A DNA stretch of 49,425 nt from Octopus bimaculoides. Its lineage: Eukaryota. Shown here in pieces: positions 49,205 to 49,425 of this stretch (position 1 is the stretch's first letter; every line of letters starts with the position of its first letter). A model generated the notes under the pieces. It worked only from the letters and a program-made list of their open reading frames with translations, ran no database searches and had not been told where the DNA came from. The stretch is from positions 63,863,130 through 63,912,554 of the forward strand of contig NC_068988.1 in NCBI RefSeq assembly GCF_001194135.2, read 5' to 3'. The position numbers and the translations under genes are program-made.

Positions 49205-49410
49205 TATCTGTTCCTCGATTCAGTCATTAGACTGCGACCATGCTGGGGGAACCACCTTGAATGACTTTTAGTCGAATGTATCGCGCCCAGTACTCTTTAA
49301 TGCTTGGAACCTATTCTATCGGACTCTCTTGCCGTTCTGGTAAGTCACGGAATCGGGAGCACACCAACAACGGTTGTCAAGCAGTGATCAGGGGACAACC
49401 ACAAACACAG
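49205..49410 (-). mobile_element. SINE B 3' half, diverged
   Basis: TTCAGTCATTAGACTGCGACCATGCTGG through ACACCAACAACGGTTGTCAAGC. Confidence 0.8.
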
Positions 49411-49425
49411 ATATATACGTGTATA

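Overview
Eukaryotic, AT-rich, repeat-dense draft-assembly sequence. There are 15 N-gaps totalling about 7.0 kb, most bordered by microsatellites. The repeat landscape looks like an octopus (coleoid cephalopod) genome; this comes from my recognition of the repeats, not from a search. I found no intact host protein-coding gene. Most ORFs in the track are artefacts of microsatellites or gaps. The window contains: (i) over 25 SINE copies or fragments from tRNA-derived families I label A, B and C, plus an RTE-type tail (D); (ii) decayed retrotransposons: a Penelope GIY-YIG relic, three R4/Dong-like pieces, a Hero-like piece, an RTE-like 5' end and an LTR-like segment; (iii) decayed DNA transposons: Tigger, hAT-Charlie/Buster, two Tc1/mariner relics, two TA-flanked MITEs and a DINE-1/HINE-like Helentron derivative; (iv) a few weak candidate exons or promoter sites. 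The best finding is a 314-bp-period tandem repeat at 37806-38300. Each unit starts with a minimal type-I hammerhead ribozyme core with a palindromic stem III, the architecture of Penelope terminal repeats and non-LTR retrozymes. Family labels A-D are mine, and most repeat boundaries are approximate.
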